Assembly: GCF_032444005.1 (NCBI RefSeq)
Contig: NC_091291.1
Location: 4,092,001 to 4,156,000 of the forward strand
Direction: 5' to 3'
Length of the DNA: 64,000 nucleotides
Origin: Ranitomeya imitator
Lineage: Eukaryota
Positions 9,890 to 21,800 of the stretch are shown in pieces. The notes under the pieces were generated by a model. That model had not been told where the DNA came from, did no database searches, and saw nothing but the letters and a program-made list of their open reading frames with translations. Positions within the stretch are counted from its first letter, which is position 1. Each line of letters begins with the position of its first letter. The translations under genes and the position numbers were made by a program.

Positions 9890-12800
9890 TACGGAGGGGC
9901 CCTGTGACCGGTGCTGTATAGAGGGGTCCTGTGACCGGTGCAGTATAGAGGGGCCCTGTGACCGGTGCTGTATAGAGGGGTCCTGTGACCGGTGCTGTAT
10001 AGAGGGGTCCTGTGACCGGTGCTGTATAGAGGGGTCCTGTGACCGGTGCTGTATAGAGGGGCCCTGTGACCGGTGCTGTATAGAGGGGCCCTGTGACCGG
10101 TGCAGTATAGAGGGGTCCTGTGACCGGTGCAGTATAGAGGGGCCCTGTGACCGGTGCTGTATAGAGGGGTCCTGTGACCGGTGCTGTATAGAGGGGTCCT
10201 GTGACCGGTGCTGTATAGAGGGGCCCTGTGACCGGTGCAGTATAGAGGGGTCCTGTGACCGGTGCTGTATAGAGGGGCCCTGTGACCGGTGCTGTATAGA
10301 GGGGCCCTGTGACCGGTGCAGTATAGAGGGGCCCTGTGACCGGTGCTGTATAGAGGGGTCCTGTGACCGGTGCAGTATAGAGGGGTCCTGTGACCGGTGC
10401 TGTATAGAGGGGTCCTGTGACCGGTGCAGTATAGAGGGGCCCTGTGACCGGTGCTGTATAGAGGGGCCCTGTGACCGGTGCTGTATAGAGGGGCCCTGTG
10501 ACCGGTGCTGTATAGAGGGGCCCTGTGACCGGTGCTGTATAGAGGGGTCCTGTGACCGGTGCAGTATAGAGGGGTCCTGTGACCGGTGCAGTATAGAGGG
10601 GTCCTGTGACCGGTGCTGTATAGAGGGGTCCTGTGACCGGTGCTGTATAGAGGGGTCCTGTGACCGGTGCTGTATAGAGGGGTCCTGTGACCGGTGCAGT
10701 ATAGAGGGGTCCTGTGACCGGTGCAGTATAGAGGGGTCCTGTGACCGGTGCAGTATAGAGGGGTCCTGTGACCGGTGCTGTATAGAGGGGCCCTGTGACC
10801 GGTGCAGTATAGAGGGGCCCTGTGACCGGTGCTGTATAGAGGGGCCCTGTGACCGGTGCTGTATAGAGGGGTCCTGTGACCGGTGCAGTATAGAGGGGCC
10901 CTGTGACCGGTGCTGTATAGAGGGGTCCTGTGACCGGTGCTGTATAGAGGGGCCCTGTGACCGGTGCTGTATAGAGGGGCCCTGTGACCGGTGCTGTATA
11001 GAGGGGTCCTGTGACCGATGCTGTATAGAGGGGTCCTGTGACCGGTGCTGTATAGAGGGGTCCTGTGACCGGTGCTGTATAGAGGGGCCCTGTGACCGGT
11101 GCAGTATAGAGGGGTCCTGTGACCGGTGCTGTATAGAGGGGCCCTGTGACCGGTGCAGTATAGAGGGGCCCTGTGACCGGTGCTGTATAGAGGGGCCCTG
11201 TGACCGGTGCAGTATAGAGGGGTCCTGTGACCGGTGCTGTATAGAGGGGTCCTGTGACCGGTGCTGTATAGAGGGGTCCTGTGACCGGTGCAGTATAGAG
11301 GGGTCCTGTGACCGGTGCTGTATAGAGGGGTCCTGTGACCGGTGCAGTATAGAGGGGTCCTGTGACCGGTGCTGTATAGAGGGGTCCTGTGACCGGTGCA
11401 GTATAGAGGGGTCCTGTGACCGGTGCAGTATAGAGGGGTCCTGTGACCGGTGCAGTATAGAGGGGCCCTGTGACCGGTGCTGTATAGAGGGGTCCTGTGA
11501 CCGGTGCAGTATAGAGGGGTCCTGTGACCGGTGCTGTATAGAGGGGTCCTGTGACCGGTGCAGTATAGAGGGGTCCTGTGACCGGTGCTGTATAGAGGGG
11601 TCCTGTGACCGGTGCAGTATAGAGGGGCCCTGTGACCGGTGCAGTATAGAGGGGCCCTGTGACCGGTGCTGTATAGAGGGGTCCTGTGACCGGTGCAGTA
11701 TAGAGGGGTCCTGTGACCGGTGCTGTATAGAGGGGTCCTGTGACCGGTGCAGTATAGAGGGGCCCTGTGACCGGTGCAGTATAGAGGGGCCCTGTGACCG
11801 GTGCAGTATAGAGGGGTCCTGTGACCGGTGCAGTATAGAGGGGTCCTGTGACCGGTGCTGTATAGAGGGGTCCTGTGACCGGTGCAGTATAGAGGGGCCC
11901 TGTGACCGGTGCAGTATAGAGGGGCCCTGTGACCGGTGCAGTATAGAGGGGCCCTGTGACCGGTGCAGTATAGAGGGGTCCTGTGACCGGTGCAGTATAG
12001 AGGGGTCCTGTGACCGATGCAGTATAGAGGGGCCCTGTGACCGGTGCAGTATAGAGGGGCCCTGTGACCGGTGCTGTATAGAGGGGTCCTGTGACCGGTG
12101 CTGTATAGAGGGGTCCTGTGACCGGTGCTGTATAGAGGGGCCCTGTGACCGGTGCTGTATAGAGGGGTCCTGTGACCGGTGCAGTATAGAGGGGCCCTGT
12201 GACCGGTGCAGTATAGAGGGGTCCTGTGACCGGTGCAGTATAGAGGGGTCCTGTGACCGGTGCTGTATAGAGGGGTCCTGTGACCGGTGCAGTATAGAGG
12301 GGCCCTGTGACCGGTGCTGTATAGAGGGGTCCTGTGACCGGTGCTGTATAGAGGGGTCCTGTGACCGGTGCAGTATAGAGGGGCCCTGTGACCGGTGCAG
12401 TATAGAGGGGTCCTGTGACCGGTGCAGTATAGAGGGGTCCTGTGACCGGTGCTGTATAGAGGGGTCCTGTGACCGGTGCAGTATAGAGGGGCCCTGTGAC
12501 CGGTGCTGTATAGAGGGGCCCTGTGACCGGTGCTGTATAGAGGGGTCCTGTGACCGGTGCTGTATAGAGGGGCCCTGTGACCGGTGCTGTATAGAGGGGT
12601 CCTGTGACCGGTGCAGTATAGAGGGGCCCTGTGACCGGTGCAGTATAGAGGGGTCCTGTGACCGGTGCAGTATAGAGGGATCCTGTGACCGGTGCTGTAT
12701 AGAGGGGTCCTGTGACCGGTGCAGTATAGAGGGGCCCTGTGACCGGTGCTGTATAGAGGGGTCCTGTGACCGGTGCTGTATAGAGGGGCCCTGTGACCGG

Positions 12801-15800
12801 TGCTGTATAGAGGGGTCCTGTGACCGGTGCAGTATAGAGGGGTCCTGTGACCGGTGCAGTATAGAGGGGCCCTGTGACCGGTGCTGTATAGAGGGGCCCT
12901 GTGACCGGTGCTGTATAGAGGGGTCCTGTGACCGGTGCTGTATAGAGGGGCCCTGTGACCGGTGCTGTATAGAGGGGTCCTGTGACCGGTGCTGTATAGA
13001 GGGGCCCTGTGACAGGTGCAGTATAGAGGGGTCCTGTGACCGGTGCTGTATAGAGGGGCCCTGTGACCGGTGCTGTATAGAGGGGTCCTGTGACCGGTGC
13101 TGTATAGAGGGGCCCTGTGACAGGTGCAGTATAGAGGGGTCCTGTGACCGATGCAGTATAGAGGGGTCCTGTGACCGGTGCTGTATAGAGGGGCCCTGTG
13201 ACCGGTGCTGTATAGAGGGGTCCTGTGACCGGTGCTGTATAGAGGGGTCCTGTGACCGGTGCTGTATAGAGGGGCCCTGTGACCGGTGCAGTATAGAGGG
13301 GCCCTGTGACCGGTGCAGTATAGAGGGGTCCTGTGACCGGTGCTGTATAGAGGGGCCCTGTGACCGGTGCAGTATAGAGGGGTCCTGTGACCGGTGCTGT
13401 ATAGAGGGGTCCTGTGACCGGTGCAGTATAGAGGGGTCCTGTGACCGATGCAGTATAGAGGGGTCCTGTGACCGGTGCTGTATAGAGGGGCCCTGTGACC
13501 GGTGCAGTATAGAGGGGCCCTGTGACCGGTGCTGTATAGAGGGGTCCTGTGACCGGTGCAGTATAGAGGGGTCCTGTGACCGGTGCTGTATAGAGGGGTC
13601 CTGTGACCGGTGCAGTATAGAGGGGCCCTGTGACCGGTGCAGTATAGAGGGGTCCTGTGACCGGTGCTGTATAGAGGGGCCCTGTGACCGGTGCAGTATA
13701 GAGGGGCCCTGTGACCGGTGCTGTATAGAGGGGTCCTGTGACCGGTGCTGTATAGAGGGGTCCTGTGACCGGTGCTGTATAGAGGGGTCCTGTGACCGGT
13801 GCTGTATAGAGGGGCCCTGTGACCGGTGCTGTATAGAGGGGCCCTGTGACCGGTGCTGTATAGAGGGGCACTGTGACCGGTGCTGTATAGAGGGGTCCTG
13901 TGACCGGTGCTGTATAGAGGGGTCCTGTGACCGGTGCAGTATAGAGGGGTCCTGTGACCGGTGCTGTATAGAGGGGTCCTGTGACCGGTGCTGTATAGAG
14001 GGGCCCTGTGACCGGTGCTGTATAGAGGGGCACTGTGACCGGTGCTGTATAGAGGGGTCCTGTGACCGGTGCTGTATAGAGGGGTCCTGTGACCGGTGCA
14101 GTATAGAGGGGTCCTGTGACCGGTGCTGTATAGAGGGGCCCTGTGACCGGTGCTGTATAGAGGGGTCCTGTGACCGGTGCTGTATAGAGGGGTCCTGTGA
14201 CCGGTGCTGTATAGAGGGGTCCTGTGACCGGTGCAGTATAGAGGGGTCCTGTGACCGGTGCTGTATAGAGGGGTCCTGTGACCGGTGCTGTATAGAGGGG
14301 TCCTGTGACCGGTGCAGTATAGAGGGGTCCTGTGACCGGTGCAGTATAGAGGGGCCCTGTGACCGGTGCTGTATAGAGGGGCCCTGTGACCGGTGCAGTA
14401 TAGAGGGGTCCTGTGACCGGTGCAGTATAGAGGGGTCCTGTGACCGGTGCAGTATAGAGGGGCCCTGTGACCGGTGCTGTATAGAGGGGTCCTGTGACCG
14501 GTGCTGTATAGAGGGGTCCTGTGACCGGTGCTGTATAGAGGGGTCCTGTGACCGGTGCTGTATAGAGGGGCCCTGTGACCGGTGCTGTATAGAGGGGCCC
14601 TGTGACCGCTGCAGTATAGAGGGGTCCTGTGACCGGTGCTGTATAGAGGGGCCCTGTGACCGGTGCTGTATAGAGGGGTCCTGTGACCGGTGCTGTATAG
14701 AGGGGTCCTGTGACCGGTGCTGTATAGAGGGGTCCTGTGACCGGTGCTGTATAGAGGGGTCCTGTGACCGGTGCTGTATAGAGGGGTCCTGTGACCGGTG
14801 CTGTATAGAGGGGCCCTGTGACCGGTGCAGTATAGAGGGGTCCTGTGACCGGTGCTGTATAGAGGGGCCCTGTGACCGGTGCAGTATAGAGGGGTCCTGT
14901 GACCGGTGCTGTATAGAGGGGCCTTGTGACCGGTGCTGTATAGAGGGGTCCTGTGACCGGTGCTGTATAGAGGGGCCCTGTGACCGGTGCTGTATAGAGG
15001 GGTCCTGTGACCGGTGCTGTATAGAGGGGCCCTGTGACCGGTGCTGTATAGAGGGGTCCTGTGACCGGTGCTGTATAGAGGGGCCCTGTGACCGGTGCTG
15101 TATAGAGGGGTCCTGTGACCGGTGCTGTATAGAGGGGTCCTGTGACAGGTGCAGTATAGAGGGGTCCTGTGACCGGTGCTGTATAGAGGGGTCCTGTGAC
15201 CGGTGCTGTATAGAGGGGTCCTGTGACCGATGCAGTATAGAGGGGTCCTGTGACCGGTGCTGTATAGAGGGGTCCTGTGACCGGTGCAGTATAGAGGGGT
15301 CCTGTGACCGGTGCTGTATAGAGGGGTCCTGTGACCGGTGCTGTATAGAGGGGTCCTGTGACCGGTGCTGTATAGAGGGGCCCTGTGACCGGTGCTGTAT
15401 AGAGGGGTCCTGTGACCGGTGCTGTATAGAGGGGTCCTGTGACCGGTGCAGTATAGAGGGGTCCTGTGACCGGTGCTGTATAGAGGGGCCCTGTGACAGG
15501 TGCAGTATAGAGGGGTCCTGTGACCGGTGCTGTATAGAGGGGTCCTGTGACCGGTGCTGTATAGAGGGGTCCTGTGACCGATGCAGTATAGAGGGGTCCT
15601 GTGACCGGTGCTGTATAGAGGGGTCCTGTGACCGGTGCTGTATAGAGGGGTCCTGTGACCGGTGCAGTATAGAGGGGCCCTGTGACCGGTGCTGTATAGA
15701 GGGGTCCTGTGACCGGTGCTGTATAGAGGGGTCCTGTGACCGGTGCTGTATAGAGGGGTCCTGTGACCGGTGCTGTATAGAGGGGCCCTGTGACCGATGC

Positions 15801-18800
15801 TGTATAGAGGGGCCCTGTGACCGGTGCTGTATAGAGGGATCCTGTGACCGGTGCAGTATAGAGGGGTCCTGTGACCGGTGCAGTATAGAGGGGCCCTGTG
15901 ACCGGTGCTGTATAGAGGGGTCCTGTGACCGGTGCTGTATAGAGGGGTCCTGTGACCGGTGCTGTATAGAGGGGCCCTGTGACCGATGCTGTATAGAGGG
16001 GTCCTGTGACCGGTGCTGTATAGAGGGGTCCTGTGACCGGTGCTGTATAGAGGGGCCCTGTGACCGGTGCAGTATAGAGGGGTCCTGTGACCGGTGCTGT
16101 ATAGAGGGGCCCTGTGACCGGTGCAGTATAGAGGGGTCCTGTGACCGGTGCTGTATAGAGGGGCCCTGTGACCGATGCTGTATAGAGGGGTCCTGTGACC
16201 GGTGCTGTATAGAGGGGCCCTGTGACCGATGCTGTATAGAGGGGTCCTGTGACCGGTGCTGTATAGAGGGGCCCTGTGACCGGTGCTGTATAGAGGGGTC
16301 CTGTGACCGGTGCTGTATAGAGGGGTCCTGTGACCGGTGCAGTATAGAGGGGCCCTGTGACCGGTGCTGTATAGAGGGGTCCTGTGACCGGTGCTGTATA
16401 GAGGGGCCCTGTGACCGGTGCTGTATAGAGGGGTCCTGTGACCGGTGCTGTATAGAGGGGTCCTGTGACCGGTGCAGTATAGAGGGGTCCTGTGACCGGT
16501 GCTGTATAGAGGGGCCCTGTGACCGGTGCTGTATAGAGGGGTCCTGTGACCGGTGCTGTATAGAGGGGCCCTGTGACCGGTGCTGTATAGAGGGGTCCTG
16601 TGACCGGTGCTGTATAGAGGGGCCCTGTGACCGGTGCTGTATAGAGGGGCCCTGTGACCGGTGCAGTATAGAGGGGCCCTGTGACCGGTGCTGTATAGAG
16701 GGGTCCTGTGACCGGTGCTGTATAGAGGGGTCCTGTGACCGGTGCTGTATAGAGGGGTCCTGTGACCGGTGCTGTATAGAGGGGCCCTGTGACCGGTGCT
16801 GTATAGAGGGGCCCTGTGACCGGTGCTGTATAGAGGGGCCCTGTGACCGGTGCTGTATAGAGGGGTCCTGTGACCGGTGCTGTATAGAGGGGTCCTGTGA
16901 CCGGTGCTGTATAGAGGGGTCCTGTGACCGGTGCTGTATAGAGGGGTCCTGTGACCGGTGCTGTATAGAGGGGTCCTGTGACCGGTGCAGTATAGAGGGG
17001 TCCTGTGACCGGTGCTGTATAGAGGGGCCCTGTGACCGGTGCTGTATAGAGGGGTCCTGTGACCGGTGCTGTATAGAGGGGTCCTGTGACCGGTGCTGTA
17101 TAGAGGGGCCCTGTGACCGGTGCTGTATAGAGGGGCCCTGTGACCGGTGCTGTATAGAGGGGCCCTGTGACCGGTGCTGTATAGAGGGGCCCTGTGACCG
17201 GTGCTGTATAGAGGGGCCCTGTGACCGGTGCTGTATAGAGGGGTCCTGTGACCGGTGCTGTATAGAGGGGTCCTGTGACCGGTGCTGTATAGAGGGGTCC
17301 TGTGACCGGTGCTGTATAGAGGGGTCCTGTGACCGGTGCAGTATAGAGGGGTCCTGTGACCGATGCAGTATAGAGGGGCCCTGTGACCGGTGCTGTATAG
17401 AGGGGCCCTGTGACCGGTGCTGTATAGAGGGGTCCTGTGACCGATGCTGTATAGAGGGGCCCTGTGACCGGTGCTGTATAGAGGGGCCCTGTGACCGGTG
17501 CTGTATAGAGGGGTCCTGTGACCGGTGCTGTATAGAGGGGTCCTGTGACCGGTGCTGTATAGAGGGGTCCTGTGACCGATGCTGTATAGAGGGGTCCTGT
17601 GACCGGTGCTGTATAGAGGGGTCCTGTGACCGATGCTGTATAGAGGGGTCCTGTGACCGGTGCTGTATAGAGGGGCCCTGTGACCGGTGCTGTATAGAGG
17701 GGCCCTGTGACCGGTGCTGTACAGAGGGGCCCTGTGACCGGTGCTGTACAGAGGGGCCCTGTGACCGGTGCTGTATAGAGGGGCCCTGTGACCGGTGCTG
17801 TATAGAGGGGCCCTGTGACCGGTGCTGTATAGAGGGGCCCTGTGACCGCTGCTGTATAGAGGGGTCCTGTGACCGGTGCTGTATAGAGGGGTCCTGTGAC
17901 CGGTGCTGTATAGAGGGGCCCTGTGACCGGTGCTGTATAGAGGGGCCCTGTGACCGGTGCTGTATAGAGGGGCCCTGTGACCGGTGCTGTATAGAGGGGC
18001 CCTGTGACCGCTGCTGTATAGAGGGGTCCTGTGACCGGTGCTGTATAGAGGGGCCCTGTGACCGGTGCAGTATAGAGGGGTCCTGTGACCGGTGCTGTAT
18101 AGAGGGGCCCTGTGACCGGTGCTGTATAGAGGGGTCCTGTGACCGGTGCTGTATAGAGGGGTCCTGTGACCGGTGCAGTATAGAGGGGTCCTGTGACCGG
18201 TGCAGTATAGAGGGGTCCTGTGACCGGTGCTGTATAGAGGGGTCCTGTGACCGGTGCTGTATAGAGGGGTCCTGTGACCGGTGCTGTATAGAGGGGTCCT
18301 GTGACCGGTGCTGTATAGAGGGGTCCTGTGACCGGTGCAGTATAGAGGGGTCCTGTGACCGGTGCTGTACAGAGGGGCCCTGTGACCGGTGCTGTACAGA
18401 GGGGTCCTGTGACCGGTGCTGTATAGAGGGGCCCTGTGACCGGTGCTGTATAGAGGGGTCCTGTGACCGCTGCTGTATAGAGGGGTCCTGTGACCGGTGC
18501 TGTATAGAGGGGTCCTGTGACCGGTGCTGTATAGAGGGGCCCTGTGACCGGTGCAGTGTAGAGGGGTCCTGTGACCGGTGCAGTATAGAGGGGCCCTGTG
18601 ACCGGTGCAGTATAGAGGGGTCCTGTGACCGGTGCAGTATAGAGGGGTCCTGTGACCGGTGCTGTATAGAGGGGCCCTGTGACCGGTGCTGTATAGAGGG
18701 GTCCTGTGACCGGTGCAGTATAGAGGGGCCCTGTGACCGGTGCTGTATAGAGGGGTCCTGTGACCGGTGCAGTATAGAGGGGTCCTGTGACCGGTGCTGT

Positions 18801-21557
18801 ATAGAGGGGCCCTGTGACCGGTGCAGTATAGAGGGGTCCTGTGACCGGTGCAGTATAGAGGGGTCCTGTGACCGGTGCAGTATAGAGGGGCCCTGTGACC
18901 GGTGCTGTATAGAGGGGTCCTGTGACCGGTGCTGTATAGAGGGGTCCTGTGACCGGTGCTGTATAGAGGGGCCCTGTGACCGGTGCAGTATAGAGGGGTC
19001 CTGTGACCGGTGCAGTATAGAGGGGCCCTGTGACCGGTGCAGTATAGAGGGGTCCTGTGACCGGTGCTGTATAGAGGGGTCCTGTGACCGGTGCTGTATA
19101 GAGGGGCCCTGTGACTGGTGCAGTACAGAGGGGCCCTGTGACCGGTGCAGTATAGAGGGGTCCTGTGACCGGTGCAGTATAGAGGGGTCCTGTGACCGGT
19201 GCAGTATAGAGGGGTCCTGTGACCGGTGCTGTATAGAGGGGGTCCTGTGACCGGTGCTGTATAGAGGGGTCCTGTGACCGGTGCTGTATAGAGGGGCCCT
19301 GTGACCGGTGCTGTATAGAGGGGCCCTGTGACCGGTGCTGTATAGAGGGGCCCTGTGACCGGTGCTGTATAGAGGGGTCCTGTGACCGGTGCTGTATAGA
19401 GGGGTCCTGTGACCGGTGCTGTATAGAGGGGTCCTGTGACCGGTGCTGTATAGAGGGGTCCTGTGACCGGTGCTGTATAGAGGGGTCCTGTGACCGGTGC
19501 AGTATAGAGGGGTCCTGTGACCGGTGCTGTATAGAGGGGCCCTGTGACCGGTGCAGTACAGAGGGGTCCTGTGACCGGTGCTGTATAGAGGGGTCCTGTG
19601 ACCGGTGCTGTATAGAGGGGCCCTGTGACCGGTGCAGTACAGAGGGGTCCTGTGACCGGTGCTGTATAGAGGGGTCCTGTGACCGGTGCAGTATAGAGGG
19701 GTCCTGTGACCGGTGCAGTATAGAGGGGTCCTGTGACCGGTGCTGTATAGAGGGGCCCTGTGACCGGTGCAGTATAGAGGGGCCCTGTGACCGGTGCAGT
19801 ATAGAGGGGTCCTGTGACCGGTGCTGTATAGAGGGGCCCTGTGACCGGTGCTGTATAGAGGGGCCCTGTGACCGGTGCTGTATAGAGGGGTCCTGTGACC
19901 GGTGCAGTATAGAGGGGCCCTGTGACCGGTGCTGTATAGAGGGGCCCTGTGACTGGTGCAGTACAGAGGGGCCCTGTGACCGGTGCTGTATAGAGGGGTC
20001 CTGTGACCGGTGCTGTATAGAGGGGCCCTGTGACCGGTGCAGTATAGAGGGGTCCTGTGACCGGTGCTGTATAGAGGGGTCCTGTGACCGGTGCTGTATA
20101 GAGGGGTCCTGTGACCGGTGCTGTATAGAGGGGCCCTGTGACTGGTGCAGTACAGAGGGGCCCTGTGACCGGTGCTGTATAGAGGGGTCCTGTGACCGGT
20201 GCTGTATAGAGGGGTCCTGTGACCGGTGCTGTATAGAGGGGTCCTGTGACCGGTGCTGTATAGAGGGGCCCTGTGACCGGTGCTGTATAGAGGGGCCCTG
20301 TGACCGGTGCAGTATAGAGGGGTCCTGTGACCGGTGCTGTATAGAGGGGTCCTGTGACCGGTGCTGTATAGAGGGGTCCTGTGACCGGTGCTGTATAGAG
20401 GGGCCCTGTGACTGGTGCAGTACAGAGGGGCCCTGTGACCGGTGCTGTATAGAGGGGTCCTGTGACCGGTGCTGTATAGAGGGGTCCTGTGACCGGTGCT
20501 GTATAGAGGGGTCCTGTGACCGGTGCTGTATAGAGGGGCCCTGTGACCGGTGCAGTATAGAGGGGCCCTGTGACCGGTGCTGTATAGAGGGGTCCTGTGA
20601 CCGGTGCTGTATAGAGGGGCCCTGTGACCGGTGCTGTATAGAGGGGCCCTGTGACCGGTGCTGTATAGAGGGGTCCTGTGACCGGTGCAGTATAGAGGGG
20701 TCCTGTGACCGGTGCTGTATAGAGGGGTCCTGTGACCGGTGCAGTATAGAGGGGTCCTGTGACCGGTGCTGTATAGAGGGGTCCTGTGACCGGTGCAGTA
20801 TAGAGGGGTCCTGTGACCGGTGCTGTATAGAGGGGCCCTGTGACCGGTGCAGTATAGAGGGGTCCTGTGACCGGTGCTGTATAGAGGGGTCCTGTGACCG
20901 GTGCTGTATAGAGGGGTCCTGTGACCGGTGCTGTATAGAGGGGTCCTGTGACCGGTGCAGTATAGAGGGGTCCTGTGACCGGTGCTGTATAGAGGGGTCC
21001 TGTGACCGGTGCTGTATAGAGGGGCCCTGTGACCGGTGCTGTATAGAGGGGTCCTGTGACCGGTGCAGTATAGAGGGGTCCTGTGACCGGTGCAGTATAG
21101 AGGGGTCCTGTGACCGGTGCAGTATAGAGGGGCCCTGTGACCGGTGCTGTATAGAGGGGCCCTGTGACCGGTGCTGTATAGAGGGGTCCTGTGACCGGTG
21201 CTGTATAGAGGGTCCCTGTGACCGGTGCTGTATAGAGGGGCCCTGTGACCGGTGCTGTATAGAGGGGTCCTGTGACCGGTGCTGTATAGAGGGGTCCTGT
21301 GACCGGTGCTGTATAGAGGGGTCCTGTGACCGGTGCAGTATAGAGGGGTCCTGTGACCGGTGCTGTATAGAGGGGCCCTGTGACCGGTGCTGTATAGAGG
21401 GGCCCTGTGACCGGTGCAGTATAGAGGGGTCCTGTGACCGGTGCTGTATAGAGGGGTCCTGTGACCGGTGCTGTATAGAGGGGTCCTGTGACCGGTGCTG
21501 TATAGAGGGGTCCTGTGACCGGTGCTGTATAGAGGGGTCCTGTGACCGGTGCTGTAT
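9890..21557. repeat. Minisatellite, 27 bp unit TAGAGGGG(T/C)CCTGTGACCGGTGC(T/A)GTA, ~430 copies
   Basis: Highly homogeneous array with two biallelic positions and a single 1-bp insertion near 19241. It explains the 3231-, 4055- and 1426-aa ORFs. Confidence 0.98.
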
Positions 21558-21616
21558 GGGGGGGATAGAGACCCCCGGGTGCTGCTGGGGTGAGGATGGG
21601 AGCGGCGTCCTCTCAC

Positions 21617-21721
21617 CTGGGCTCCGGCATTGATGGCTGTGAGATGCGGCAACTCTGTCTCCAGGGAAAGATGAGGAGGAGGAGAGAAGAGTGCGGAGAC
21701 TGAGAGGCCATTACCTCCTCC
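21617..21721 (-). other. Candidate non-coding 5' exon of the ano7-like gene
   Basis: A ~240-bp unique island between two arrays contains acceptor-like CCTGTGCTGCAG and a strong donor CAG|GTGAGA. It has no ATG in the frame compatible with the 9831 exon. Confidence 0.25.
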
Positions 21722-21800
21722 CTGCAGCACAGGATGCTGAGCTACATGTACCACCCCCATCATATGGACACTGTATCCAAGCCTATTATGTGATTCCATC

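Noticed and set aside
9555-19250. 3231-aa Cys-rich ORF (IEGSCDRCC)n resembling a metallothionein or keratin-associated protein
   Set aside because: It is the one stop-free plus frame of a 27-bp unit, overlaps the ano7-like exons in antisense, ends at a 1-bp insertion mid-array, and has no signal peptide or unique domain.
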